Below, piece by piece: positions 8,949 to 18,909 of a stretch of DNA of 64,000 nucleotides. The notes under the pieces are model-generated. The model had not been told where the DNA came from. It worked only from the letters and a program-made list of their open reading frames with translations, and made no database searches. How positions within the stretch are numbered: position 1 is the first letter of the stretch; each line of letters opens with the position of its first letter. Source of the DNA: Vicinamibacteria bacterium (GTDB taxonomy: Bacteria > Acidobacteriota > Vicinamibacteria > Fen-336 > CBDFGD01); the NCBI GenBank assembly GCA_965246965.1, contig CBDFGD010000002.1, forward strand, positions 1,612,890 to 1,676,889, given 5' to 3'. The position numbers and the translations under genes are program-made.

Positions 8949-10477
8949 GCGCGCAGCTGGCGCTGCTTCCCGAGCTACTCACGGCTCACCTGCAGCTGAC
9001 GCTGTCGGCGCTGCTGGTCGGCGTGCTGATCAGCGTGCCGGCCGGAATCGCGGTGACCCGAATCCGTTCGCTCGAACAGCCGGTACTCGGCGTCGCCAGC
9101 GTCATCCAGACGATTCCAGGCCTCGCGCTGCTCGCGCTGATGGTGCCGACGCTGGCCGCGCTGAACTTGCCGGCGATCGGGTTTCTGCCGGCGTTCCTCG
9201 GCCTCTGCCTGTACAGCCTGCTCCCCATCCTCCGCAACACGGTCACCGGCATCTCTCAGGTCGACCCCGCCATCATCGAGGCGGCGCGCGGAGTCGGGAT
9301 GACATCTCGGCAGCGACTCAGGCGAGTCGAGCTGCCGCTCGCGATGCCGGTCATCGTGGCAGGCTTGCGCACGTCGACGGTCTGGACCGTCGGCATGGCG
9401 ACGCTTGCGACACCGATTGGCGCCACGAGCCTGGGTAACTACATCTTCAGCGGGCTAGCGACCCGCAACTCGTACGCGGTCCTCGTGGGGTGCCTGGCAT
9501 CGGCCGCGCTGGCGATCCTGCTCGACGGCCTGGTGCGCCTGCTGGCAGAAGGCCTGGAACGATCGCGCAGGAGCTGGGTGGCGGGCTCGCTCGTCGTCGC
9601 CGGCGGGCTGTACGCCTACGCCGTCGTCGCGGCCGCGACGAGGCTCGCGGCTCCGAGCGGGCCATCTGTCGTCGTCGGCGCCAAGTCCTTCACCGAGCAG
9701 TACATCCTGCGGGCGGTTCTCGCCCTTCAGATCGAGCGGAGAACCGGACTGCCGACCCTGGCCCGTGAGTCGCTTGGATCGACGGTGGCCTTCGACGGCG
9801 TGCGCAGCGGCGACATCGACCTCTACGTCGACTACTCGGGGACGATCTGGGCGACCATCATGAAGCGCCCGACGCGTGGGGAGTCTCGACAGGCCGTGCT
9901 CGAGCAGGTTCGCGTTTTTCTGAAGACGGAGCACGAAATCACGATCGCCGCAGCCCTGGGCTTCGAGAACACGTACGCCCTGGCGATGCGCCGCGAACAG
10001 GCCGCTCGGCTCGACCTGGACAGCATCAGCGACCTGGCGCGTCACGCGCCAGGCCTGACCATGGGCGGCGACCTCGAGTTCTTTCAACGCGCGGAGTGGC
10101 GTTCCCTGCAGGAGGCCTACGGTCTCGAGTTCAGAGAGCGGCGCGACATGGATCCGTCCTTGATGTATCAGGCGGTCGCGGAGAGTGCCGTCGACGTGAT
10201 CAGCGCCTTCTCGACGGACGGCCGCATCGCGGCGTACGACCTCATCGTGCTGACGGACGATCGGGCCGCAATCCCACCGTACGATGCGATCGTCCTCGCC
10301 GGGGGGAGGCTCGCGCGGGAGCATCCCGAGGTGATGGCCGCCGTCGCCGCTCTCGATGGAACGATTAGCGCCGACAAGATGCGTGACCTGAATCACGCCG
10401 TGGACGAGCTCGGCCGACAGCCGGAGCAGGTCGCCGCGGATTTCTTGAAGGGGCTCGAGGCGGGGTCATCACCCTGA
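8945..10477 (+). CDS. Osmoprotectant ABC transporter, fused permease + periplasmic substrate-binding domain (OpuBC/OsmX-like)
   Basis: An N-terminal ABC permease domain (EAA-like loop region) is fused to a C-terminal OpuAC-type substrate-binding domain. The 4-nt overlap with the upstream ATPase gene suggests translational coupling. Confidence 0.75.
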   Translation: MSAQLALLPELLTAHLQLTLSALLVGVLISVPAGIAVTRIRSLEQPVLGVASVIQTIPGLALLALMVPTLAALNLPAIGFLPAFLGLCLYSLLPILRNTVTGISQVDPAIIEAARGVGMTSRQRLRRVELPLAMPVIVAGLRTSTVWTVGMATLATPIGATSLGNYIFSGLATRNSYAVLVGCLASAALAILLDGLVRLLAEGLERSRRSWVAGSLVVAGGLYAYAVVAAATRLAAPSGPSVVVGAKSFTEQYILRAVLALQIERRTGLPTLARESLGSTVAFDGVRSGDIDLYVDYSGTIWATIMKRPTRGESRQAVLEQVRVFLKTEHEITIAAALGFENTYALAMRREQAARLDLDSISDLARHAPGLTMGGDLEFFQRAEWRSLQEAYGLEFRERRDMDPSLMYQAVAESAVDVISAFSTDGRIAAYDLIVLTDDRAAIPPYDAIVLAGGRLAREHPEVMAAVAALDGTISADKMRDLNHAVDELGRQPEQVAADFLKGLEAGSSP

Positions 10478-10589
10478 GCCCCCGGGAACCGCGGACGATC
10501 AACGGATAGCCACGGAGACACAGAGACACGCAGGAGCTCGATCCTTCGCCATCCCAATCGAGGGCAGTTTCAGGGCGAACCCAGTAGTG

Positions 10590-10884
10590 CTGCGCTCGCC
10601 TCGGCCAGCGAGGTGAGATCTCTCCTCTGGTATCGAGTGAAGAGGAGCAGACGGATTCTTCGCTCCAGGCGGAGACGAGCGGTCTCTCAGAATGGCGAGG
10701 GGACGAACTTTCGATCGGGCCAACGGCGATTGACGGATCGTCTCCTCGTCATCCTGAGGCCGGGTCAGTCCCGCACGAGCCGAAGGATCCGCCGGCGAGG
10801 TGATGTGGCCGCCTGCGCTCCTGGGGAACGAGGAGCGGACGGATTCTTCGCTCCAAGCCGAGACGAGCGGTCGCTCAGAGTGAC
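10590..10884. repeat. Intergenic ~190-bp repeat family, locus A (about two tandem copies; inverse orientation relative to locus B)
   Basis: The reverse complement of 10646-10695 and of 10835-10884 matches the 5' ends of the locus B units (GTCATTCTGAGCGACCG…CGAAGAATCCGTCTGC). The internal segment …CTCCTCGTCATCCTGAGGCCGGGTCAG… is also shared. Confidence 0.7.
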
Positions 10885-12445
10885 GAAGCCTTGGCCGTTC
10901 TCTGTGCCTCCGTGACTCTGTGGCTTTCGTTGCGGGCAAAAAGCCACGTCACGTACGTCACGCATGCCAGGGCCGCGACGCTCGTCGCCGTGAACAGCTC
11001 GTCGTACCAACCCGTAAACGCGGGGATGACGCACGAGATGGCCGCGAACGCGAGGAGCGCGACGCCGACACGACGTTCCCGCGACCAGAGCAGGCCGAGG
11101 CAGAGGAAGCCCGAGAAGTAGTAGCAGGTCAGCTCCGACCCGACCGGGATCAGCCCCACGGCCAGGCAGGCCGTCACCCAGTCCTCGCGCCCCCGGATGG
11201 CCCGGGCAAAAAGCACGACGTAGAGGCTGACGGCCAGCCAGTAGAGCACCCGGCGTCTCGCGAAGGTGGAGCGACGGGCTTCCTTCCAGGGTGTGTAGGG
11301 ATCTTGAAGCGACTCGTCCTTGACGATGCGGGCGCGAGTCGCGTGATCGTAGGCGACGACCGTCGGTAGGCCCATGTCGTTCGTCAGCGACGTATCGAGA
11401 TGCAGCCGCGTGTTCCTGGCAAAATCGGTCCAGACGCCCGCGTCCCCGGCCACCCACATCGACGCGGGCACGAGCACGGCCAGCGCGACCAGAGCTCCCA
11501 TCGCGAAGCGTCGGTGTTCGGAGCTGACCATCACCCGCCGTTCGTCCCACATGCGCAGACCTGCCGCCATCCCGATCGCACCCAGAAACACGGCGGGGAA
11601 GACGCGAAGCGTCGCGCTCCACGCGAGCAGCGCCCCGGCCCACCCGTGGCAGCCGCGACGCAGGAAGCAGATCCCGATCACCGCGGCGCTCAGCCAGTCC
11701 TGTCGAAGAAACGACCCGCCGGTCCACCAGAAGCGGGCGGGGTAGTTGGAACCCCAGAAGATCGCGGCGACGCTGGCCGCACGCCACCCGAAGGCCCACC
11801 AGACCGCGATCCACATCACGACGAGCGACAGGGAGTCGATCAGCGCCAGGGCGGTGACGGAGAGCGTGGAAACGGGCGTCAGGTTGGCGAGCGGCGATCC
11901 CGCTACGAGCCAGGCGGGTGTGGCGTTGAAGCCGTGATCCTGCTGCGCTTCCCGCCAGCGCAAGGCCGACATCTGTCCCCTGAACCAGCCGATGTCGGCC
12001 TTGAAGGCCGCCCAGCGCTCGGTCGTGAAACGCGCCCCTCGCAACGGCCGGGGTCGTGGAGCACCGTCTCCGCTGATTCGATCCGGTTTGTCGCCAGGTT
12101 TCGGATCGAGCGCCCGCGCACGTCGTCGGCTCCCAACGCCTCGGCATCGGCCACCGTCGAGCAACGGTACAGGCCCTCGTAGCCGAGCTCGCGGAAGTAC
12201 TTGGCTCCGACGACATAGTGGTACAGCTCCCACCGATGCAGGTAGGTCGAGAAGTGGAACTTGCCGAGATTCCACCAGCAGAGCAGCGCGAAAAAGCCCA
12301 GGACGAGAAGCGCCTTGTCCCACGGGCGGCGGTGGCTCTCGCCCACGCGTGGCTCCCGAAGGACGCCCCATACCGCCAGCGCGACCCCCAGCACCGCCAC
12401 CCCGCCCTTGATCTGATCGAGATGGAGTTGGGTGAGCGGCGCCAT
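10875..12445 (-). CDS. Polytopic integral membrane protein (GT-C-like / DUF-type), apparent frameshift near 12030-12060
   Basis: The N-terminal 180 aa (12445 to about 12040) and the C-terminal roughly 400 aa (about 12060 to 10875) lie in different frames. Both parts are strongly hydrophobic multi-transmembrane sequence. Family assignment is tentative. Confidence 0.45.
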
Positions 12446-12628
12446 CCCCTAAAGCCTGTGTCGAGCGGGCGCTGGCCCAGCCGTTCTCCCGTGTTGGCGG
12501 GCGGCAAGGAGAGCGCCTCCCAGAGCGTGCATTCGTGTCACCTTAAACCATGCGGAGCGCCGCGACCGGGCCGTCGAGCGGCGCATGTTACTCTGGCTCA
12601 TCGGCACTGATTCGGCGGACCTCACTTC

Positions 12629-13384
12629 ATGAGAACGCGCTTCACAACTGCCACGGCGCTCATCCTCACCACGCTCGCCGGAAGCGCCTCGGCGGAGACC
12701 GACCCGACGAAAATCATCGAGCGCGTCGACCGGCTGCTGCGCGGTGATTCGAGCCGTGGGGTGGCCACGATGGAAGTGGCGACCGAGCACTGGAGCCGGA
12801 GCCTGAGTATGGAGGTCTGGTCCCTCGGAACCGACTACTCCCTCGTGCGCATCACGTCCCCTGCCAAGGAGGCCGGAACCGCCACGCTGAAGGCAGACGA
12901 CGACATCTGGAACTACCTGCCGAAGGTCGACCGGACGATCAAGATCCCGGCGTCGATGATGATGGGCGCCTGGATGGGCTCCCACTTCACGAACGACGAT
13001 CTCGTGAAGGACAGCCAGCTGATCGAGGAGTACGACATCACGATCAGCTTCGAAGGGGAGCGTGACGGGACCGAGGTCTGGGAGCTGAGGCTCACTCCAA
13101 AACCCGAGGCGCCTGTGGTCTGGGGGCACGTCGAGTACCAGGTCCGCAAGAAGGACATGATGCCGCTCCAGGCTCGCTACTTCGACGAGGACGGCGGGCT
13201 GGCTCGCACCATGACGTTCAGCGAGTTCCGGGTTCTGGGTGGACGCCTCGTTCCCTCGGTCATGACCTTGCAGCCGGAGGACAGGCCTGCCGAGAGCACG
13301 TCGTTTCGCTACGACGAAATCGAGTTCGACGTCGACCTCGACGAAGGCTTCTTCTCCCTCCGCGCCCTGAAGCGGCGGCGCTAG
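12629..13384 (+). CDS. LolA-like outer-membrane lipoprotein-sorting family protein (secreted)
   Basis: Signal peptide plus a LolA/DUF4292-like fold composition. It is the first gene of an operon with two FtsX permeases and an ABC ATPase. Confidence 0.55.
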   Translation: MRTRFTTATALILTTLAGSASAETDPTKIIERVDRLLRGDSSRGVATMEVATEHWSRSLSMEVWSLGTDYSLVRITSPAKEAGTATLKADDDIWNYLPKVDRTIKIPASMMMGAWMGSHFTNDDLVKDSQLIEEYDITISFEGERDGTEVWELRLTPKPEAPVVWGHVEYQVRKKDMMPLQARYFDEDGGLARTMTFSEFRVLGGRLVPSVMTLQPEDRPAESTSFRYDEIEFDVDLDEGFFSLRALKRRR

Positions 13385-13387
13385 CTC

Positions 13388-14650
13388 GTGGCGTCGAGCT
13401 CCCCCTGGTGGCGGATCGGCTGGCGCAACCTCGGGCGCAACCGCCGCCGCACGCTCCTCACCGCCCTCGGCCTGGGAGTGGGCTACTTCGCCGTCGTGTT
13501 CATCGTCGGCTGGGCGGATGGGCTAACGGCCGAGATGCTCGAAACCGGCACGGGGCTGCTGAGCGGACAGCTGCAGGTTCACGACGCCGACTTCCGCCCC
13601 GAGCGCAGCATCTACGACACGATCGGGGGGCGCAGCGGAGTCGACGTCGAGGAGCTCATCGATACGGTCACGCTCGACCCGGCCATCGCTGCGGCCACGC
13701 CGCGCGTCTATGCGGGTGGCCTCGTCAGCTCCGGCGAGTCGACCTCGGCGGGAATCCTGATGGGCGTCGACGTCGAGCGCGAGCAACGCGTCAGCCGCAT
13801 CATGGCGGGCTTGCAGTCCGGCCGACTCCCCGAGCCGGGCCGCAACGAGATCCTGATCGGTACCGAGATGGCGCGCCAGCTCGAAGTCGAAGTGGGTGAC
13901 GAGGTCGTCCTGGTCGCCCCGGGCGCCGACGGCTCGATGGGAAACGACGTCTACGGCGTCAGCGGAGTTTACCGATCGGGAATGGCCGAGCTCGACGGAT
14001 CGTACGCCCTCCTCCCGATCGCCGCCCTCCAAACGCTCTTGACGCTTTCACCGAACCGTATCCATGAGGTCGCCGCGTCCACGACTGACGCCTGGCTGGC
14101 TCCCGAGGCGGCGGCCCGTATCTCGACAGCGCTCGCGCCACAGGATCAGGGCCTGGAGGTCGTGGCCTGGACGCAGCTTCGGCCGGAGATGGTCGACTAC
14201 ACGCGGTTGCTGGAGTCCTACTACTTCGTCATCATCGCGATCGTCTTCGGCGTCGCGACGTTCGGTGTGGCCAACACGATGCTGATGGCGACATTCGAGC
14301 GACGCCGCGAGTTCGCGGTGATGCTGGCTCTCGGGACCACGCCGCTCCAGGTCGTGCGCGCCGTGATGTACGAGGCGCTCGCGCTCGGTGTGCTGAGCCT
14401 GCTCGTCGGCGCCGCTGTCACGTTCCCGCTGATTGCGTGGTGGCAAACAGCGCCGCCCGACATGAGCTGGGCTTTCGGCGAGCTGACGATGTTGGGCTCC
14501 CTGATCCGCCCGAAGCTGCGCGTCGAGTTCAACACGACGATCGCCGTCTGGGGCGCGATCGCATTGTTCGCGACGGCGCTGCTCGCGGCGCTCTACCCGG
14601 CGGCCCGCGCCTCACGGGTCCCGCCGGCCGACACGCTCTCGGGTCTATGA
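13388..14650 (+). CDS. ABC transporter permease, FtsX/MacB/LolC family
   Basis: N-terminal transmembrane helix, a large periplasmic domain and a C-terminal FtsX three-transmembrane-helix bundle. GTG start. Confidence 0.8.
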   Translation: MASSSPWWRIGWRNLGRNRRRTLLTALGLGVGYFAVVFIVGWADGLTAEMLETGTGLLSGQLQVHDADFRPERSIYDTIGGRSGVDVEELIDTVTLDPAIAAATPRVYAGGLVSSGESTSAGILMGVDVEREQRVSRIMAGLQSGRLPEPGRNEILIGTEMARQLEVEVGDEVVLVAPGADGSMGNDVYGVSGVYRSGMAELDGSYALLPIAALQTLLTLSPNRIHEVAASTTDAWLAPEAAARISTALAPQDQGLEVVAWTQLRPEMVDYTRLLESYYFVIIAIVFGVATFGVANTMLMATFERRREFAVMLALGTTPLQVVRAVMYEALALGVLSLLVGAAVTFPLIAWWQTAPPDMSWAFGELTMLGSLIRPKLRVEFNTTIAVWGAIALFATALLAALYPAARASRVPPADTLSGL

Positions 14651-15924
14651 ACCAGAGACTGAGCGTCTTGGCGGGGCTGGCGCTTCGCAACCTCCAGCGG
14701 AACCTCGGCCGCACTTTGCTCACCTCGTCCGCGATGGTCATCGGCGGCACCTTCCTGATGATTTCGCTGCCGCTCGGCGACGGCACCCACGAGGCCTGGA
14801 TCGAGTCCGCCGTGAGAATGGGGAGCGGTCACATCACGCTCCAGCATCCCGGCTTCCAGACCAGCCGAAAGATCGAGGACCGCCTCGGTGAGAAGACCCG
14901 CGCCGCAGGCGAGGCAGCCCTCGCGCGGCCCGAGATTCGAGGGATGGTCCGGGCCGTTTCGCCGCGCCTCACGATCGGCGGCCTCGCCAGCTCTCCGAGC
15001 GGGGCGCGCCCGGCGCAGGTCGTGGGCGTCGACCCGATCGCCGAGAGCGAGTTCTCGATCCTCGACGAGAAGGTCGTCGCGGGACGCTACCTGGAGCCCG
15101 CTGACCGCCTCGCGGCCTTCGTCGGCAGTGGCCTCGCCGAAGCTCTCGAGCTGCGCGTCGGCGCCAGGCTCGTCGTGACCGCCCAGGACGCGGAGGGCGA
15201 GATCGCCGGACAGCTCGTGAGGGTCGTTGGCCTCTTCCGATCAGGAGTCCCCGAAGTGGATCAGTCGCTGATCCACGTCCCCCTCGCTACGGCGGGGGCG
15301 TGGCTCCAGGTCGGAGATGCCGTGACCGGCCTGGCGGTCCTCGTCGAGAACAGCGGTGACGTTCCTCGTCTCACCCAGGCCCTCGGCGCTGAGTTGAGTT
15401 CGAGCGCCGACGCGAGCGCGTTGAAAGTCATGGGATGGCGCGAGTCGATGCCCGCACTCGACGCCGCCGTGAGGATCGACGACTTCGGCAACTATCTCTT
15501 TCAGGGGATCCTTTTCACGATCATCGGGCTCGGTATCGTCAATACCGTGCTCATGTCGGTGCTGCACCGGCATCGCGAGTTCGGGGTGCTCCAGGCCCTC
15601 GGCCTCACGCCGCGTCAGACCGGCGGCCTCGTCATGATCGAAGGGCTCGTGCTCACAGTCGTGAGCGGCGCCATCGGCATCGGCCTCGGCCTGTTCATCA
15701 CGTGGTTCTTCTGGGCGGACGGCCTGGACATCTCGGGAACGTGGAATGAGGAATGGAGCTTCTCCGGCGTCGTGATGGATCCGGTCATCGTCCCGGCGTT
15801 CGGGCTGGCGCGAGTCATCCAGGGGCTGGTCTTCATCCTCCTGATCGGGACCCTCGCCTCGATCTACCCTGCTTTCCGCGCCTCCCACATCGACGTCTCG
15901 GAAGCCATGAAGTTCGAGCGGTGA
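14647..15924 (+). CDS. ABC transporter permease, FtsX/MacB/LolE family (second copy)
   Basis: Same architecture as the upstream permease. The ATGA start/stop overlap indicates a translationally coupled pair. Confidence 0.8.
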   Translation: MNQRLSVLAGLALRNLQRNLGRTLLTSSAMVIGGTFLMISLPLGDGTHEAWIESAVRMGSGHITLQHPGFQTSRKIEDRLGEKTRAAGEAALARPEIRGMVRAVSPRLTIGGLASSPSGARPAQVVGVDPIAESEFSILDEKVVAGRYLEPADRLAAFVGSGLAEALELRVGARLVVTAQDAEGEIAGQLVRVVGLFRSGVPEVDQSLIHVPLATAGAWLQVGDAVTGLAVLVENSGDVPRLTQALGAELSSSADASALKVMGWRESMPALDAAVRIDDFGNYLFQGILFTIIGLGIVNTVLMSVLHRHREFGVLQALGLTPRQTGGLVMIEGLVLTVVSGAIGIGLGLFITWFFWADGLDISGTWNEEWSFSGVVMDPVIVPAFGLARVIQGLVFILLIGTLASIYPAFRASHIDVSEAMKFER

Positions 15925-15931
15925 TCCAGCC

Positions 15932-16636
15932 ATGAGCGAAACGACCCTCGCGGCCGTCCGCACCGACGAGGTCTGGAAGATCTTCCAGCAGGAGGCCGAG
16001 GAGGTCCGAGCCGTGCGCGGAGTCACACTCAGCGTGGAGCGAGGTGAGTTCACGGCCCTCGCCGGACCCTCCGGCTCGGGCAAGACCACGCTGCTCAACC
16101 TGATCGGCGGACTCACCCGTGCGTCGCGGGGTCGCGTGCTCGTGGCGGGCCGCGACCTGACCGAGATGTCGAACCCGCAGCTCGCCCAGCTGAGGCTCCA
16201 GGACGTCGGCTTCGTGTTCCAGGCCTACAACCTGCTCCCGGTGCTGACCGCGCTCGAGAACGCCGAGTTTCCGCTGCTGCTTCAGGGCCGGGGCGCCGAG
16301 GAGCGCCGGCAGCGGGTCAGCGAGCTGTTCGAGCGCACCGGGCTCGCCGGCCTGGAAGACCGCCGACCGGGCAAGCTGTCTGGCGGGCAGCAACAACGCG
16401 TCGCCGTCATCCGCGCCGTGGTCGGGCGCCCCGCGCTCGTCCTGGCCGACGAGCCGACCGCCAACCTCGACACGGCAGCGAGCGAGCTGCTGCTCGACAT
16501 GATGCTGGAGCTGAACCAGAGCCTCGGGAGCACGTTCGTTTTCGCGACCCACGACGATCGGGTGATGGAGCGCTGCCGTCGCATCGTGCGCCTCCACGAC
16601 GGCTCCATCTCCTCCGACGATTCAAGAGCGGGTTGA
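15932..16636 (+). CDS. ABC transporter ATP-binding protein (LolD/MacB-type)
   Basis: Walker A GPSGSGKTT, signature LSGGQQQRV and Walker B LVLADEP. Confidence 0.85.
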   Translation: MSETTLAAVRTDEVWKIFQQEAEEVRAVRGVTLSVERGEFTALAGPSGSGKTTLLNLIGGLTRASRGRVLVAGRDLTEMSNPQLAQLRLQDVGFVFQAYNLLPVLTALENAEFPLLLQGRGAEERRQRVSELFERTGLAGLEDRRPGKLSGGQQQRVAVIRAVVGRPALVLADEPTANLDTAASELLLDMMLELNQSLGSTFVFATHDDRVMERCRRIVRLHDGSISSDDSRAG

Positions 16637-17820
16637 CCCGCGCCGCAGCCGGCGCGATCGCGCTCGAGGCGCTGCTGCTGGGGGCCACGCCGCTCGCGGC
16701 CCAGACGACGGTCAGCGGCTACTACCAGAACGTCCCGCTGTTTGCGGAGCAGACGACTCTCGCTCCCGGCGGCTTCAGCGACTTCAACCGCCTGCGGCTC
16801 GGAATCGACTCGGGCTTCGGCCAGTTCACGTTCGTGGCGGCCTACGAGCAGCTCGCCACGCTTCGGGGGCACCGGTCAACGGACTTCTTCGTCGGCTCCG
16901 CGCCCGGGGGCGGCGAGTGGCTCGATCTCCAATGGACGATCGCCGATGACGAAAACCTGCTCTGGCAACACCGCTTCGATCGGCTGGAGCTCGGCTGGAC
17001 GCCGGCCGCGTGGATGGAGATCGGCGTCGGGCGTCAGGCCGTTTCGTGGGCGACCACGCTGTTCCTGACACCGGCCGATCCCTTCTCGCCACTCGATCCT
17101 GCCGATCCGTTCCGCGAGTTCCGCGCCGGAGTCGATGCCGCGCGGCTCAGGCTCTACCCCGGCGCGTTGAGCGAGATCGATATCGTCGTTCGCCCCACCG
17201 ACTCCGAGGATGTCGGTGAAGAGCTCACGGTGCTGGGGCGAGGGTTGACCGCCTGGAAGGGCTGGGAGCTGTCGACGTGGGCCGGGTCGCTCTACGGCGA
17301 CATCTCCTTCGCCCTCGGAGCCGCGGGCGCCATTCGTGGCACGGCCGTGCGTTTCGAGGGTGTGGTGCGCGAGGACGAAAGCAATGACGGCGTGATCTTG
17401 CGAACCACCCTGGGCCTGGATCACCGCTTCGCTCCGGGAGGCAAGGACCTCTTCGTCATCCTGGAGTACCAGCGCGACGAGCTGGGCGGCTCGAGCCCCG
17501 ACGACTACGTCAGCGTCCTCACTTCAAACTCTTTCGCGCGAGGCGAGCTTCAGGTCCTCGGAAGAGACGAGATCGTGGTTCAGGCCTCTTACCAAGTGCA
17601 CCCGCTCTGGAACATCGCGGCGCTCGGTATCTCGAACCTGAACGACGGTAGCTTCCTGCTCTCACCGAGCATCGCGTACTCGGCGAGTGGCGAGATCGCG
17701 CTGAGCGGGGGCGCGTTCTTCGGCTTCGGGGACGATGAGTCCACGCCGGCCCGGCCCCTCCCTTCGGAGTACGGCCTGGCCGGTACGACAGGCTACGCCT
17801 CCTTCAGCATCTTCTTCTAG
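16633..17820 (+). CDS. Putative outer-membrane beta-barrel protein
   Basis: Signal peptide, alternating beta-strand pattern, ends in a C-terminal …FSIFF. Overlaps the ABC ATPase stop, so it is co-operonic. Confidence 0.45.
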   Translation: MTRAAAGAIALEALLLGATPLAAQTTVSGYYQNVPLFAEQTTLAPGGFSDFNRLRLGIDSGFGQFTFVAAYEQLATLRGHRSTDFFVGSAPGGGEWLDLQWTIADDENLLWQHRFDRLELGWTPAAWMEIGVGRQAVSWATTLFLTPADPFSPLDPADPFREFRAGVDAARLRLYPGALSEIDIVVRPTDSEDVGEELTVLGRGLTAWKGWELSTWAGSLYGDISFALGAAGAIRGTAVRFEGVVREDESNDGVILRTTLGLDHRFAPGGKDLFVILEYQRDELGGSSPDDYVSVLTSNSFARGELQVLGRDEIVVQASYQVHPLWNIAALGISNLNDGSFLLSPSIAYSASGEIALSGGAFFGFGDDESTPARPLPSEYGLAGTTGYASFSIFF

Positions 17821-17829
17821 CGAGCAGCG

Positions 17830-18639
17830 CTACATCTGGACGAGGGTGGCGACGATCCCGATACAGTCGATTAGCAATATGTCGCCGTTCGTCGACCCCT
17901 GCGGACCGAGGTTGAGAACGATGTCCGAGTTGGCCGGAGCCTCGGGTACCAGCGCGAGCAGGTGGGGATTGATCGGATCGACGGGGGCGTACTGGCCGGG
18001 GTAGGGCGCGCCACCAGTCGGGAAAGAACTCGAGAACGAGTCGCTGAGCTGCACGTCACAGCTCTCAAAGGTGCCGAGACGATTGCCGTTGACGACGCCC
18101 GTGCTCGCGCTTATCAGATCGATAAAGTTCGGGGACCCTGTTATGTTCGCCCAGGTCCAACGGGCGGAAACACCGTCGGCGCTGAGGTTTCCCGGACCCG
18201 GGGCCACTATCTGAGGATCATCGACGATCCTTGCACTGAACGTGACCGTCAAATCGGTGATCGTGCAGTTGTCGGTATAGAGAACTTGCGCCGTCGCTCG
18301 AGCTGTCGATCCACCCAGCGGGGGAGTCAAGTTAGGAAACGGGCAGAGGACGGGGTCGGCACACAGCGTCGTGAGCAGGTCGGCACCCGTGAACGACTGC
18401 ACGCGGCTCCCGGGACAAATCGCAGGAGACGGGGTCGGGGTCGGCGTCCCGCCCGTTCCGCCACCGGTTGGCCCGCCCGTGCCGCCGCCCCCGGGGCCAG
18501 TCAATGCGCCGGCGGTTCCATCGCCGGGCTGCGTGTTCGCCGGCGTCGTGTCAGGCGCGACGGGCGAGCGAGAGTTCTGACACGCGATCGCTATCGCGGC
18601 TCCGAAGGCCACGACGACCAACCATCGAGTGGTCCTCAT
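17830..18639 (-). CDS. Hypothetical lipoprotein with Gly/Pro/Thr-rich linker
   Basis: Signal peptide with a lipobox-like AIAC followed by a GGGTGGPTGGGTGG linker. No recognisable catalytic motif. Confidence 0.45.
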   Translation of the reverse strand: MRTTRWLVVVAFGAAIAIACQNSRSPVAPDTTPANTQPGDGTAGALTGPGGGGTGGPTGGGTGGTPTPTPSPAICPGSRVQSFTGADLLTTLCADPVLCPFPNLTPPLGGSTARATAQVLYTDNCTITDLTVTFSARIVDDPQIVAPGPGNLSADGVSARWTWANITGSPNFIDLISASTGVVNGNRLGTFESCDVQLSDSFSSSFPTGGAPYPGQYAPVDPINPHLLALVPEAPANSDIVLNLGPQGSTNGDILLIDCIGIVATLVQM

Positions 18640-18909
18640 GACGCCCTCCAAACAACTCTCTGTGAGGCGGATCCTGGGTCAGGCAACTTGAGTCTAGTAT
18701 TGAGTGTCGCAGCGGAGTTAGGTACTGTCAACTCAGGAATCGCTTTAGATCTAGCTGCTCCGGGTAAAGCGGTGCACGCTAAATCTCGTTCGTGAAAGGA
18801 CTTTCCACCGTGACGGGCGTCACAGGTATCGGTCCCGAACTCGTCGCGGGCGGGGCTGTCGCGGCCCGGGGCATCCGCCAGACTCGCTCGGAATGACGAA
18901 CGGCAACCG

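Noticed and set aside
9455-10396. 313-aa minus-strand ORF
   Set aside because: Antisense to the Opu permease/substrate-binding gene.
10613-10915. Short ORFs with recurring peptides (RRILRSRRRR, LTDRLLVILRPGQS, GAKNPSAP) at both repeat loci
   Set aside because: They appear in several frames and orientations because they are translations of the ~190-bp DNA repeat. They are not conserved proteins.
10765-12507. 580-aa minus-strand ORF overlapping the membrane-protein gene
   Set aside because: Alternative frame of the same strand as the real hydrophobic protein. Arg/Gly-rich with no transmembrane or domain signal.
18652-18909. Relatively AT-rich intergenic region as a possible small RNA
   Set aside because: No convincing terminator or conserved structure is visible by eye. 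Most likely the divergent or convergent gene boundary with promoter sequences.
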